64,000 nucleotides of DNA, from contig NW_026262690.1 in assembly GCF_021869535.1 (NCBI RefSeq), positions 60,884,001-60,948,000 on the forward strand, read 5' to 3'. Source of the DNA: Mytilus californianus. Taxonomy: Eukaryota. How positions within the stretch are numbered: the stretch's first letter is position 1; every line of letters begins with the position of its first letter. Below the pieces are notes generated by a model. The model searched no databases. It was given only the letters and a program-made list of their open reading frames with translations, and was not told the DNA's origin. Both the position numbers and the translations under genes were made by a program. Positions 1 to 13,279 of the stretch are shown one piece after another.

Positions 1-386
1 TGGAGCGGACTACAAACTATTTAAACAGATATGTGTTTGTGTCTTGGTACGTTTACTATATCCAATTGCAATTTCTTTCGTCGCTGACACTTCGCCATAG
101 GATGCTTAATAATGATGAAAAAAATTGATCTGAAAATTAATTACATGCACACTTATTGTTTTGAAAAAGCATTAACAATGCATCAACTGGATAAACCTAA
201 GGAAGATGTATCATAAACTGAATAATATATTTCACTTTGTTGAATGGTATGGATAAGTTCTAGAAAGAGTAAACATGTCTTACCCTGTGTATCTATCAAC
301 CTGTCTTTAACAGGACCAATACCTCTGTCAATCTGTTGTCTGAAGATAGGGCATTAAAATGATTTTATTTCTATGTATTGTAGGTT

Positions 387-755
387 TAAAAAATAAAAAC
401 AACACTTTATAATTTCATGTGTTCGAAGCGCTTTTCTGGATTTACCTTCATCGCTCAAAGCCGAATATTTGAAAGCCAAGGATGTATAAGACTCGAAACA
501 GCTGAAGAGCTACATGACAAAAAAGGACCTAAGATAATAGCCAAATCCATCTCAAGTGTCCACTTTGTCTTTGGGAGTTGAAACCTTAGCTTCTAAATAA
601 TTTCTGAATTTTAAACGAACAATTTTAGAAAGGTTTGTTCTAAACCATGTCAGTACCCTAGTACTGACTACTGAGCTAAGTATCCTTATGGACTGATAGT
701 TCATAAACAGCAGTATCGACCTAGTGCTGTAAAAAATGAAAACAACAGCTTTATA
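387..755 (-). mobile_element. Retrozyme-like repeat family B, one monomer plus ~25 bp terminal redundancy; hammerhead core deleted
   Basis: Colinear with 35490-35910 and 39324-39788. The terminal motif AAAACAACA recurs 343 bp apart. The minus strand reads GAGC-GATGAAGGTAAATCCAGAAAAGCGCTTCG, i.e. about 6 nt including C3-U4 are lost. Hairpin GTCAGTAC-n4-GTACTGAC at 649-668. Confidence 0.85.
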
Positions 756-939
756 GTAGAGCAATAACATACACTGAAGAAGGCCATCTTGTGTTTATAT
801 TTTTTCCTGTAAAAACTTATCTTGGTTTTGAATATAAACATGTTTAAATATAGTTCGGTTGAACAGTATTTCAGTGTTGAGACTTTATGTAGCAGTTACA
901 AATGGAAAAATCTTGACCTCCTTAATTTGCATCTTCCCA

Positions 940-1055
940 CTGTAACAACTTCTGGTAGCTTTTTCATATATAAGCATTATAATTCATATGTCCTGCGAAT
1001 AAAAGGCGATGTTGGGTATCCATCATTGAGACTATTTGAGAAAAGAGACTATCAT
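940..1055 (+). pseudogene. Very degraded PLE reverse transcriptase fragment
   Basis: ORF 822-1112 contains TTSGSF...LRLFEKRDY, resembling SASYLD...TKLYDKRDDF of the better copies in this window. Confidence 0.35.
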
Positions 1056-1447
1056 AAGATATTATGCCTAAAACCTATTGTACACGTTCGTTTGAGTTCT
1101 ATAAATCTTTGAAAATAAAAGATTAAAAAACATTTTTTTCATATTACGTGTTTTTTTTTTTTTTTTGCAGTGTTTCTTTATCTTTTTGGTATATGTACAG
1201 TTTGGTACGAACTCTTCCAACTATCTAAGAATTTTGTCCAAGTAAATATAAAGTTGTCCATTATGTTTAAATTTAAAAAAATTATAATCAAGGAAAATAA
1301 AAGGTACTATAGTGATGTTTGCTATACCACTGTTCTTTTCAATGAACTTTATGACAATACCACTATACCAATCAGAGTGAAATTTTTTGCAGTGTTTTAA
1401 GAAATGATTTTACCTTGTATCCCTGTATTATTTGTGAAACAGTAAAT

Positions 1448-1712
1448 GTTCACACTATACGGACTTCAAATACAGGAGTGTGCTCCTTACGCAAAACTGC
1501 TCCAACAAAGTTATGAGGAGGAAAGATTAAAAATGACACTCCGTAAATTTTATGGACACCATCACGAATTGGTTGATCCATACGATGTGTCTGTGTCTAA
1601 ACTAACTAAGGACATTTTTACCACGTCTTAGATTGTGTTTTACCATTTACGTCGTCTGGTCTTTTAAGTACCGAACATGACCTATTCCCGAATATGACTG
1701 TTTTGCTGAGTG
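1448..1712 (+). mobile_element. PLE RT C-terminus and start of 3' UTR (lineage 3)
   Basis: Translates KLLQQSYEEERLKMTLRKFYGHHHELVDPYDVSVS..*, homologous to the end of the RT at 20985-21285 and 58480-59278. Confidence 0.85.
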
Positions 1713-1906
1713 TGAATTCGCATTACTATAAGACGTGTCACGGTATTTGTTATCCAACATTCATGTATTTAGTTATGATGTTGTATTTCTAATTCTGATC
1801 TGATATTATTAAATGTCTTATCGTTTGTAGTTGTAATTCTACCCCCTTTTTTATTTTCTATTCGTATGTAAAAGTAAAGATAATTAATCACCCAGTTCAT
1901 TTCTAA

Positions 1907-2618
1907 GATTTTAGTTTAAAGCAACTATATGTACACTATTCATTTGTTTTACAGTTTGATTTAGAAATAATACCGACATAGCTAGATAACACAATTCTAT
2001 ATTAATATTCTTGTAATTGTTATAAAATACATCAAATGACATAGTTACAAACCTGATCTTGAACAGTATCAATTTTTTTTTAGAAATTTACCTGTGACGT
2101 CACTTTTGTGGCGTTGACCCAGTCGTGTGAAAGACAGTTCGTGGTTCTGTTGTGCTGTTTTGTGTGCTGTCCTATGTTGTTTTACGTATTTGTTTTTATT
2201 CTGTGGTTAGCATGTCAAAATGTACTATTGTATTGTTTATTTGTGTATTTCTCTGTTCTGAATATTCTTGCATTTATTTGTACTGTATTCCTGTCATGTA
2301 ATGGTGTCATTTTAGTGTTATATTTAACATTGCCATAAAATGAGAGGTTTGGCCAGCCATAAAACCAGGTTCAACCCACCATTTTTTCTTAAAATGTCCT
2401 GTTACAAGTCAGGAAAATGGCAGTTGTTATCTTATAGTTCGTTTCTGTGTGTGTTGCATTGTCGTTTGTTTTTTGTTCACTTCAGTGTTTCTGTTGTTTC
2501 ATTGTTTTCCTCTTATAGTTGATGTGTTTCCCTCGGTTTTAGTTTGTAACCCGGATTTGTTTTTGTCTCAATCGATTAATGACTTTCGAACAGCGGTATA
2601 CTTCTGTTGCCTTTATTT
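1907..2618 (+). mobile_element. Interspersed repeat family D (probable PLE-derived 3' region), copy without ribozyme module
   Basis: Colinear with 7971-8610 (-) and 47893-48930 (-). Shares AAAACCAGGTTCAACCCACC..CTTAAAATGTCCTG and the 3' end CTGTTGCCTTTATTT. Confidence 0.8.
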
Positions 2619-3808
2619 AAAAGTGCTAATTTTCTGTATAAAGTCAATAATTAACTATGTATACTTTTGAGGCCCGAACTTTCTATTGCCTTAAATACGC
2701 AGATTAATGATCCGAAAGCTATACCAATACAGGAAGACATGTTTTTGAAATTATAGCAAAACTTTTTGTTGACAAATCTTTATTTGTTATTACAAAAAAT
2801 GAACTGAAAATATCAGTCATTTTCTCCCTACCAAGTTTACCCCTATTACTATGTGGACCGGTCGTTGTTATTGAATCTATCGCAATTTGATTGGATTAAG
2901 ATATTATTAGTTTACCTTCGAACTGTATAATTTTTTCATACATGTATATTGATTAAATCAGAACGTGCATGAATGTAACAAAAAGATGAACAGTTTGGTT
3001 TTTTTTAAACTGAAACTTTATTAATTTTCTTTTTACATGTACACACACGTGTACAGTAACTGCAATGACCTTCAAACTGGACAATAGACGAGTCCATATT
3101 ATTTTTTTTATCAATGAAACTATAGGTATGAAAGGTAAGAATCGCCACTTCTAATATTTTCACCAAATTTTCCACATAAAGAGTAGATAAATTACTTTGT
3201 AATAGCCTATTCCTGAGAAAATCAGACGTTTTATTCCATTAAACAAGTAATTTTTGGAAAAGAAATACCGAAACACATTTTACGCAAGGCTACGCCAGGT
3301 AAAACTATTGTTTATCATAAACAAAAATAATTTTTCAGTTTAATTTTAATGTTTTAATTACAATTAATTCCAAACAAAAGTAGTCAGTAAATAAGGTCAA
3401 AATATGTCCGATCCGCCTTTTTTTGGACATAAAAATTCAATACGATCGTTTTAAGGTAAATTTCGTCTACCTCATAAAATCTTGTTAGGCAATATAGAGT
3501 AAAAAAATTGATCGTTTATACTCTTGGTGAAACGTCTGTTATTTATACTTCAGTGAATGTAACTGTTAGTGACAAAAGACTGTTATGATCATAAAGTGTT
3601 CCTCTCAGTGTAACGCATCTCTCTGTTTTGGTTGGAAGTTAAATTACAAATTTAATACAGAGACTTGATAGGTAACTTTTTGAATAATAAAAGAAGAAAA
3701 AAAACTGGAAAAAAATTGCAGTTGCACAGAATAACACACAAATGGGATACAAATTGAGCAACCACAAATGAAATTTCTATTTTTAACAATCAAACGTACT
3801 TTACTTTA

Positions 3809-3982
3809 AATTAAGGCAACAGCAATTTACCGATGTTCATATCACATGCATCAATTAAGAGGACACATCAAGGTAAACAAACAAAAATTGAGAGAATCAA
3901 ATAAAATCCAAAGGAAGCGAGACCTATTGCGATGCGATGACAAGGTAAGTGTTTCTTGATATGCATGCATCACACGCAATAC
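3809..3982 (-). mobile_element. PLE lineage-3 3' terminal fragment
   Basis: Reverse complement carries GATGCATGCAT..CTTACC..GAACATCGGTAAATTGCTGTTGCCTTAA, as at the ends of the 24780-25885 and 58480-59278 copies. Confidence 0.75.
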
Positions 3983-3994
3983 GAAAAAAATATT

Positions 3995-5215
3995 AACAAC
4001 AATACCGAACTCCAAGGTAAATTCAAAATGGGGGAAATCCATAAAACCTGACAAAATCAAACGTTAGACCATATCAACTAACTGAACGAATGGAAACAAC
4101 TGTCATATTCCTATCTTTGCACATGCATTTTAGGAAAATAATTGGTTAAACCTGGTTTTATATTTAGATAAACCTTTCACTGGTTTGACAGTTGTTCATA
4201 GTTCCAATTACCCAATTTCTATATTTGTTATTTTGCAGTCTCTTAAATACTGCCTATATTTGTATAAAGACCCTCTTTTAAATTTTTCAAAATAAGCATA
4301 TCGAAGTCAATCGAAGATGTTGATTGTACCTTTCGTGTACCTTTAACAAACACATTTTTCAGTTTCTAAAATTCATTGGTTTTGACCATGTCTGGAATAA
4401 TAAAGGAACACTGTCAGAAGGAAAACTCATATCTGCAGTGAAAAACAGATTACAAGAAAGACATGAAAAACATTTTTTCTCATGTTTATAAGGTGAAGAC
4501 CAAAACAAATTACGTACATATTACAAGCTAAAAAAGGAATATAAACCTGAGACTTATTCAAAGTTGAATATCTCGAAACAATATATTAGACAGTTCTGTA
4601 AATTAAGAATTTCTAACCATAATCTACACATCGAAAAAGGCAGATATAATAATACGCCTTTGGATCAAAGAATATGTAAACATTGTATTGATAACAAAAT
4701 TGAAGATGAGTTTCATTTCATATGTGAATGCAACCTCTATCAAGACGATAGGAAAAAGTTTTATGATGACATTGTTAATATTATACCATGTTTTTGTAAG
4801 TTAGATAATTTTGACTAATTTAGATATTTAATGAACTGTTCGGAGACTGATGTTCTCAACAGATCTCTTTTATATATAGACAAATGTATCATGATCAGAA
4901 ATTCATCAGTGGGAATAATTGCATAATATTGATGTGGGTGTTTTGTCTATTGTTTGTTATACGTCACAAAATTGCTGTCTCTTTTTTGTTTTATTTTTTT
5001 CCATGTTTTCATGTATTTCATCCTTTTGTGCTGGATTTTATACTGAATAAAATTATTTAGTTAGTTAGTTAGTTAGTTCCGTTATATTGACATTTAGTTA
5101 GGAACCTACACAGACATTATTGGTAAATGTGACAATGATTAGGACCCAGCAGTCAAAACTGTGTAAACAAACATCACAAACAAACAACACAACTAACTTA
5201 AAAAATTAAACAAAC
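3995..5215 (-). mobile_element. Repeat family E (PLE lineage-2 3' region) split by a LINE insertion
   Basis: 3995-4205 and 5074-5215 join into a sequence colinear with the uninterrupted copies at 16350-16712 and 28088-28575. Confidence 0.8.
4206..5073 (+). mobile_element. 5'-truncated non-LTR retrotransposon 3' end (CR1/L2-like group), ORF2 C-terminus with premature stops
   Basis: Translation YPISIF..KYC / GFDHVWNN / KLRTYYKLKKEY..KLRISNHNLHIEKGRY..RICKHC..EDEFHFICEC (C-terminal CCHC-type finger). Stops at 4489 and 4816, natural end near 4926. AATAAA at 5046-5051, (TTAG)n tail, TSD TAGTTCC at 4199-4205 and 5074-5080. Confidence 0.85.
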
Positions 5216-6223
5216 ACACATCCTTATTTGCAAAATAACGCAAACCTTTGCTTTGTCTTATTTCTTATTTAAGTTTCAAGGGAAGCAGCTGTTATAAATG
5301 GAGGAGGCTGCATATATTAAAGTTTATCACCCTTTGTAATTATTTCAAAGTAAAATGCTTGAGTGTTTAGCACGTATTATGGGATAATAATGAGCAAGAT
5401 AATACACGTATATATATGTTACAAAGAAAATTGAGTGAATTGAAGTTATACCGAAGAAAATAAAAAAAATCAACCCTGCTAATGTAGCCGAATTTAGATA
5501 TACTTCCAAAGTAAGCGCTCGTTTGAGCATTGTGTACGATTGGTTGGATCCAAACAAGCTACCCTTTTGCAATAAATGTATAAGATGAAGTTGTTTTATT
5601 ATTATAATTATGTTCTCTACATTCAAATTGCTACCCAAGCATCTTAAATATCTACCTCCCTAGATTGAAATTAAAATTACATGACTGTTTATCAAAGATT
5701 CTTTATATTCTATTATAAGATTTCAACAAACGATTTCTTACATCAAAATTTAAAAAATGTTTATTATGAATAATTCATATTTAAAGCAGAAAGATCATTG
5801 TTTCTATTTGACTTTATAGTTTCACAATCGTATGATATTATTTTTGCTCTAATCTACTTTACCACTTTTTGTTAATCAAAATTTTCAAAACCTTGGCCTT
5901 TCAATTAAAATTTGCCTATACCATATCTATTTTCTTGTTAAATTTATATAATTTTCTGACACAAAAATCATTCTTAATTTGAGTATAATTGCACTTCAAG
6001 GATTCCCTTATTCCTATGAATATTTATTAGAATGATTGGCCTTGTGTTCATGGTCCTTCTCTGACTAAAGAACTAAATCACAACCGAAATTTAATGACAG
6101 ACGGACATGCAATGCCGACATTTACAAAAACCCTGCTTTCTAATTATATCATAAATTATAAATGTAAATCCAATATAGTTTTTGATTATAACATATAAAA
6201 AACTAAATTAATAATTGAAATCA

Positions 6224-6338
6224 AAATGTTTGCGTTATAATACAAAGGTTTGCGTTATTTCGCAGATGTTTGCGTTATTTCGCAAAGGTTTGCGTTATCA
6301 AAAAAAGGTTTGCGTTATTTCGCAAAGGTTTGCGTTAT
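6224..6338. repeat. Minisatellite, 6 x 20 bp with invariant core GTTTGCGTTAT
   Basis: The core starts at 6228, 6248, 6268, 6288, 6308 and 6328. An inverted copy lies at 5227-5251. Confidence 0.95.
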
Positions 6339-6419
6339 ACCTAGGGAGAAATTTAAAAAAAACAAAAATGTGTGGCGCTAATACGCTTCTGTATGATTAA
6401 GTACAAATTAAGTAAAATA

Positions 6420-6730
6420 TAAATACAAGGGTAAACAAAATGAAAACAACACAGCAAAAACCTCTTGCGTCCGAATCTCACCTCTAGACACACCTGCACC
6501 AGGAACACCTAAAGCCAAAAATCCGACAGCTGGATGCACAAATATCGAGTCACGTCAAGAGTCATACGACCAAAAGAAGCATAATAGCACAAATACAAAT
6601 AAAGAAAAAACGGATAAGTAAATAAAAAGATACACGACATCAGCACCTAGAATCTATAACTCTTGGCCATCTTGTTTTTTTTTTTTGAAGTTGACACTGA
6701 ATATTTATCTATTAGGTATTGAAAACCACA
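6420..6730 (-). mobile_element. PLE lineage-2 RT end and 3' UTR
   Basis: Minus strand reads ..LIDKYSVSTS..DG..* then TTGACGTGACTCGATATTTGTGCATCC..CTGGTGCAGGTG, matching 63053-63613 and 37930-38430. Confidence 0.7.
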
Positions 6731-7861
6731 CCAAATATGTCACTAAAAGACAAAGAGACATATACCGTATAAAAACTAATCTATAGAACAAACAGAGTCC
6801 GAGCTTGCTTTACTATAAAGTATAAAAACAATATTGACGAAATAGGTAATTTAATTCCAAATCGTAAAATGCAAAGATTCATTTCGCAAATAAAACAGTT
6901 AACATAAAAGTGCATAATTAATATGAAATAATGATAATTCATAATTAATACGACATTATGTACGACGAGAGGATTAAATGACCAAAAAGAGACATAACCA
7001 AATTGGTCAACATTGCCTGAGGGGTTGGAACCTTACTTTCTGAATAATTTCTTAATTTATCAACTAAGAAAAGAAAGTTTGTTATGAATCATGCCAGAAG
7101 CATAGGCTGCTGATTGCTTTCTTACTCATAAATTTATTAATGAGGCTATCCTATTCAGTTATTCGTCATTGAATGATATATTTTACTCACGTAGAGTACA
7201 ATACATATTAGTAGTATTAGTAGAAGTAGTAGTAGTTAAACATATAAATGATTAACAAAATTCTTTTAATCTTGAATGCACCTGAAGTCAACGGATCTTT
7301 GCAAACAAATCGATTAAACATTTCTATACATAACTATCTTGGGGTTAATAACTCAGCAAAAAATCTGCTTGTTTCGAGTGATAATTGTATTCAAATGTTA
7401 GAAATTACAATGATTACACAGGTTTTATGATACAGGATACAATTATCTCCACAATATAGGCTCAATACTGAATTCATGTTACAATAATTAGACAATAAAA
7501 AAAGCTGACAGAAATATGTTTATGATTCAAGAAGAGTAATAAACTTTTTGTGCTTAGGGGAACGATATATTTTGTGAGCTTACTGCTTGTTAATTACTTT
7601 TTTATATTTATAAGCTTCTTCAACTTACTATTTGTTAATTTTCTATTTGTAAGCTTTTAAATACTTTAAAGTGTTTTACATTATACAGAGAAAATAAACA
7701 CATCGCATACACACCAAAAGGTCTCTATGGGCTATAGCTTTTATTTACCAAAAAAGACTAAAGGATGCGAGAGAGAAATCTAAACAGCAAAGGTCATCGT
7801 ATAGCTTTTAAATAACATACTGGTAGGGAGGAAGATATTGGTTAACTCATTTAAAGAATCA

Positions 7862-7970
7862 ATAAACTCATCATAGATTCCAGGATTACATTTTTGTGCG
7901 CCAGACGCGCGTTTCCTCTTGAAAAGACTCATCAGTGACACTCGAATAAAAAAAAGTTTATAAAAGAGCC
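7862..7970 (-). mobile_element. Retrozyme family A 3' module fused to the 3' end of family D
   Basis: Matches 34960-35067. Joined to D through the shared TTTATTT. Confidence 0.8.
7898..7941 (-). ncRNA. Minimal type I hammerhead ribozyme motif, family A (C11.1G lesion)
   Basis: Minus strand GTGTCA CTGATGA GTCTTTTCAAGAG GAAA C GCGC GT C TGGCGC. Core intact, but the stem II closing pair is G.G instead of G-C. Confidence 0.75.
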
Positions 7971-8610
7971 AAATAAAGGCAACAGTAGTCTTAAATCGAT
8001 AAAGCGAAAAAAAACCAAAACCGAGGGAAACACATAACCTATAAGAGGAAAAGAACGGAACAACAGAAACACTGAACTGGTACAAAAGCAAACGCCAACA
8101 TACATAGAAACGGATTATTTGACAACAACTACCATAGACTTGGTACAGGACATTTTAAGAAAAAATTGTGGGTTGAACCTGGTTTTATGGCTAGCCAAAC
8201 CTCCCGCCAATATGGCAATGTAAAAAATACCGTTAAAATTACAAAATATCGTGACAGGAATACAGTACAAATAAACGCAAGAACACTCAGGACAGAGAAA
8301 CACATACATAAATAATATAATAGTACATTACAACATGTAAACCACAAAGGAATTATGAACTGGCGTCAGACGAAAGTATCAACGCCACAAAAAATGACAT
8401 ATTTTTTGTGACGTTTATATTATCACAGGTAAATTTCTAAAAATTGAATAGATTTGTTTTATTGTAGACATGTACAAGTATATAAGATGGAGTTTGTAAT
8501 GGTGTTATTTTATGTATTTTCTTATCATGACAAGAATATTAAAATGGAATTGTGTTTGTAATGGGGTTATTATTTGTATTTTCTAACCATGTCGGTTTTT
8601 CTTCTAAATC
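7971..8610 (-). mobile_element. Family D copy
   Basis: Colinear with 1907-2618 in reverse. Confidence 0.8.
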
Positions 8611-9204
8611 AAAACTGTGTATAAACAAAACGTAAAGTACGAAGTTGGAGAGCATGGAGAAAACAAAATTCCGAAAGTGACAACCACCTACTAAATATGT
8701 ATTCTAAAGGAGTTATACCTATGAAACTGCTTAGTTGATTAGTTTAAGGCGTAAGCGCCTAAGAGATTTGATTGAAACAGTTAACATTCCAGACAAATAT
8801 GAACAGACACTCGAAAGGTTACGCTGTAATGCAGATACAAGTTTTGAAAAATAATATAAAGTGGCTTCCTTTCTCTTAGATAGCTTTTACTTTTAAAATC
8901 AATTATTCTACTAGTTTTTTCAAAGATAAATCAGTTAATGAAAAACTTCGTTCATTTGTAAAATTACAGTAGGAAAGAGACGATGATGACACAATAGAAG
9001 TCATTTCCGTGGAAACTTCCTCTTCTTTTAATTGTTACTAAAAACTATTTGGAAATATCTTAATGACAATCGTCAAAGGGGAAACAGAACAACAAATTAT
9101 ACCGTTGAACAGTTTCTCAATTATGAGAACGAAGACATATTCGGTTATGAATGGTATCGTCCAAAAATTATGAATAAGCCTGAAAGTTTAATATCTAACT
9201 CACG

Positions 9205-9315
9205 AACTACAAAAGGACCGAGACCGGGTGCGTAGACAGGGTAAGTGTCTCCTGCTATGCATGCAACCCCCGACATGCGAATTCACAATCAAAATGTCAT
9301 GATTGGGTACAAGTC
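9205..9315 (-). mobile_element. PLE lineage-3 3' UTR fragment
   Basis: Reverse complement GTGAATTCGCATG..GCATGCATAGCAGGAGACACTTACCCTGTCTACGCACCCGGTCTCG matches 27770-27952 and 59100-59180. Confidence 0.75.
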
Positions 9316-10620
9316 ACAAGAAAGTTATGTAAATAATATTGATCATTAGTTTTCTGATAATAGAAGCAACTGTTTATTGCAAATATATAATATTATTTAT
9401 TAGTTATAGTCCATTACATCTTTGATTCTTTTCTTTAGGTATATATTTATCAACGTATATTGTTATAATTCTAGTTTTCATTATTTTCATGTCTATTGCT
9501 GAATATCAGTTCGTTGACTGATTAAACAAGTACTGATCTGATTTTTCTGGTCATGTTTCTGGGTTTTTATTCTTTCGTCTGATTAATATCTTTCAATATT
9601 TATGAAAAAAACTATCATACTAAGTTATGATTAATAAAAACAAATTTATCTGAAAGCAACATCATATAATTTTCTAAAAGAAAACCATGTAAATCTTACT
9701 AATGATAAAAGTTTTATTTTTTTGTTCGTAAATAGGATAGTTGGGATATTCTTGTAGCATGTGATATAAAGTTAGATAATATGCTATCAAAGGGATTTTA
9801 TCATGAAACATCATAATGGAGAATACCAATTCGTGCAAATTTGTGTCCGATTCATCCAAAAAAAAAGTATACGATTTTCCGCTAACTTTCATATGTCTTT
9901 ATAATTGAAAATTCAGTGAATTCATATCTTTATTGGCTCATCAACGTATATCCTATAACTCCTTTTACATCGTAGATTAGTATGGGATCAGTATAGTAAC
10001 GAACGCAGTATATATAATACATGTACATATATTGATCGTTCATTGCCTTACCTGTATTTGTGTCTTGCATGTAAGTTAATGTAGTGAGATTAAGGCAAAG
10101 ACATATTTTTTACATTTCTTTTTGTAATTTTTTTTGTATATTTTTTTCTTTTTTGTATGTTTTTGTTTTGTTTGGTGTTAAGTATGTGGGATTGTTTTTT
10201 TTATATAAGCATGGCATAAGAATGAAAAGATAGATACTCGAATACAGCGAATTAAACCCTATTGTCTATGCACAAAATTATTACCCTTTTATCCTTCTAT
10301 TAATAATCATAAACTAACAGAATTCGGTTAAAATCATTTTGAATCATTAAGATGAAAATCAATAAAAAAACATAGAAAAAAATCAACGTAAAAGCATTAG
10401 TCTGTATCCCATCCCGGCAATAACTGGAGTACTCTTTTGACATTAAAACGTGTTGGAACCCAACCCACTTTGAATGTATAAAACAAAAACAAATTAAATA
10501 CCATCTTTCTTCTGAATACGTCGGAGATACTTCCATTATTTTTTTTTTTATTTTAAAACTTAATTCTGATATAACAACATTCAAAATTCACATTACTAGA
10601 AAACCAAATATAATGTAAGC

Positions 10621-10810
10621 AAGAATCCAACGCCCTCAGGCAAAATTGACAAGATGGATTCGGCAACTACTTTTAAGTCTCTTATGGTCTTATATCTATT
10701 TACATCTTCCGTTTTTTACACACCCTTAGCTTTCAAACATTTGCCATTCCTGATAAAGGTAAATTAAAATAGTGATTTGGGTGCATAACATTTATAAAGT
10801 TGTTTTTTTT
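10621..10810 (+). mobile_element. Degenerate retrozyme family B fragment
   Basis: CCCTCAGGCAAAATTGAC..CCTTAGCTTTCAAAC..TTCCTGATAAAGGTAAAT, diverged from 35700-35900. Confidence 0.65.
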
Positions 10811-11340
10811 TCTTTTTTCTTTTTGTTCTGAGTAATCATGAAAAAGTACGTCTATTTAAATATTCAAGTCAGCTTGTTTTACTATAATTATTGAAACTTG
10901 AAGTGCACTTCTTACTTGTAAATTCATTTTATTTTCTGTGACGCCTTATCAAAATAAAATGTAGGCATATAAATCATCTTACACGTGAAAATATACTATA
11001 AAAATAAAAGTCGAACAGTGTGGCTATTAGTTTTCTACTTCTAAACAAATCCGGTCTGCTCTTTCACGAATTAATTTTAATGTTTTATTGAATTTTCCAA
11101 AATTCTTCTTGATAACCAACCAGGCAATACTTTTATAAGTGTGAAGTCATAAATATACACAAAATTGTGTTAATTAATGAGAAAAACATCCATTTGTTTT
11201 TCCAAATACAACTTCTGTTCAAGTAGCTTCGTAATAATGCAATGTGAATAAAATTCATATCATTACTAATAAAGTGCTAATATTTTTGACCATTTAATCT
11301 AGATTTTGAAAACATATTATATACCACCCAGAAAGCTTAT

Positions 11341-11825
11341 AAAAGAAAGGCGAAGGATACCAAAGGGACATTCAAATTCATAAGTCGAAAGTAAACTGAC
11401 AACGCAATGGCTAAAAAAAGAAAAAGACAAACAGACATCCAAAAGTACACAAAACGACATAGAAAACCAAAGACTGAGCAACACGAAACCCACCAAAAAC
11501 TGGGGATGATCTCAGGTGCTCCGCATGGGTAAGCAGATCCTGCTCCACATGTGGCAAACGCCTTGTTGCTCATGTTAGTACAAACTCGGTAATAAGTCTA
11601 ATTCGGTAGGTCTCATTCGGGGAAAAGGGGACGGGATTGAAATAACGACATTTGCAACATATCCGCTATCATCTGTGAAACGGATATTCCATAACGGTCT
11701 ACCAACTCGTTATGGCGTCCGTAAAACTTATGAAGGGATACTTTCAACTTCATCACTTGGAACTCTTGGTTAATATCTTCCTTGTAAGCAGCAACCCTCT
11801 ATCAAGAAAATCATGATAGGAAATC
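11341..11825 (-). mobile_element. PLE lineage-1 RT end and 3' UTR
   Basis: Colinear with 20693-21150; minus strand encodes HDFLDRGLLL..FYGRH. Confidence 0.85.
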
Positions 11826-12069
11826 ATCTCATGGTCTCAACATTTTTCTTCAGATGGTCATGAGGTTTGAGTTTTCAATCACATGCTTTGAGCAAAAGTC
11901 AAAGGAAAAAGTATACAAAGGAAGCAATTTGTCTTGTATTATGAAAAATCTCAGATGATTTGAAAAAGTTATCCTTTTTTTTAAGTTGACTGTCTGTAGC
12001 TATTCCCTACTAGAATTTCTAATTTTTAACTATTTTACCTATATTATTTTGACAACATAAAATTTAAAT

Positions 12070-12417
12070 GAAACAAGAATATGTCCATAGTACACTAATG
12101 CCCCACTCGCACTATCATTTTCTATGTTCAGTGGGATCAAAACTCTAATGTTGCATTAAAATTAGAAAGATCATATCATAGGGAACATATTACTAAGTTA
12201 TCATAGGGAACATATGTACTTAGTTTTCATAGGGAACATATGTACTAAGTTTCAAGTTGATTGGACTTCAACTTCATCAAAAACTACCTTCACCAAAAAC
12301 ATTAACCTGAAGCGGGACAGACGGACGAACGGATGGACGAACAAACGGATAAACGAACGAACGAACGGACCCACAGACCGAAAAACATAATGCCCCTCTA
12401 CTACATGAGGCATAAAC
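12070..12417 (+). mobile_element. pearl/CvA-type HINE (Helentron-associated non-autonomous element)
   Basis: Starts AACAAGA, has a (GACG/GAAC)n tetranucleotide tract at ~12316-12375 and ends ATGCCCCTC..GAGGCATAAA. This is the layout known for bivalve pearl-like elements. Internal 25-26 bp triplication at 12176-12252. Confidence 0.7.
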
Positions 12418-13279
12418 AAATTTAGATTTTTAAGAACAGAACAATATATCATGCCTTTAGCTGTCAAGTTTTATGAATTTGTAGTCCCAGATGATTTGAA
12501 TATAGGAATGGAGAATTTTCAGACTCACAAAGTTTAAGAAGCCCTTTAAAATTATAAAGGATTAACATACATTTTACGAGATATAATAACAGTTTGTAGT
12601 AGTTTTTATTACAAGTGTGTTGTTTTAAAATATTATAATCCAGTTTCTTCTTTTACAACTTATCTGATTTAAAGCTTAGGCAGAAACTATGTTTAAGCCC
12701 CTGAACATATATATATATATATATCTCTGTAAAAAAATTTATCTAGGATGCGATAATTTGTCTTTTTGGCATTTTTCTCTTTTGCCATAGCTTGTCTGTT
12801 TTTCTTCGATTTATTTATTGTTTAGTGTCCCTTCGTTATCGTCCGACTCTTTTTAACAGCTTGATAGGAGATACGCCAAAACCCCTTTGTTGTGAGTTGT
12901 GAATGCATAATGGGATGACCGAGGAAGCTCGATGCAATTAAGTTAATTCTTTGTGAACTTTCATGTTCAAGGACAGGTTCACCTTCAGATTTAAGATAGT
13001 TTTCAGGAAGCGGTTATTATATTATCATTATACTCTCCCCAACAACAATATTCTACATGGTCCATCATAGGTTCATTGGACACATATACTTGTTTTATTC
13101 GTATTAGACAGAATGTATAGCAAATTTTAATATGTTTTGAAATCAATTTTGAAAACTATGTTAAAATAATAGATTTTTTTTTATATAAAAATTAAAGTAT
13201 AACAATTAAAATTATATAAAAATTAAAGTATTACAATTAAAATTAAAACCAAATGAAACTCGGTCACTCAGTGGTTTCG

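Noticed and set aside
6224-6338. CRISPR-like repeat/spacer appearance (also the 25-bp repeats at 12176-12252)
   Set aside because: Units are contiguous with only 9-bp variable parts, the context is eukaryotic and there are no cas genes.
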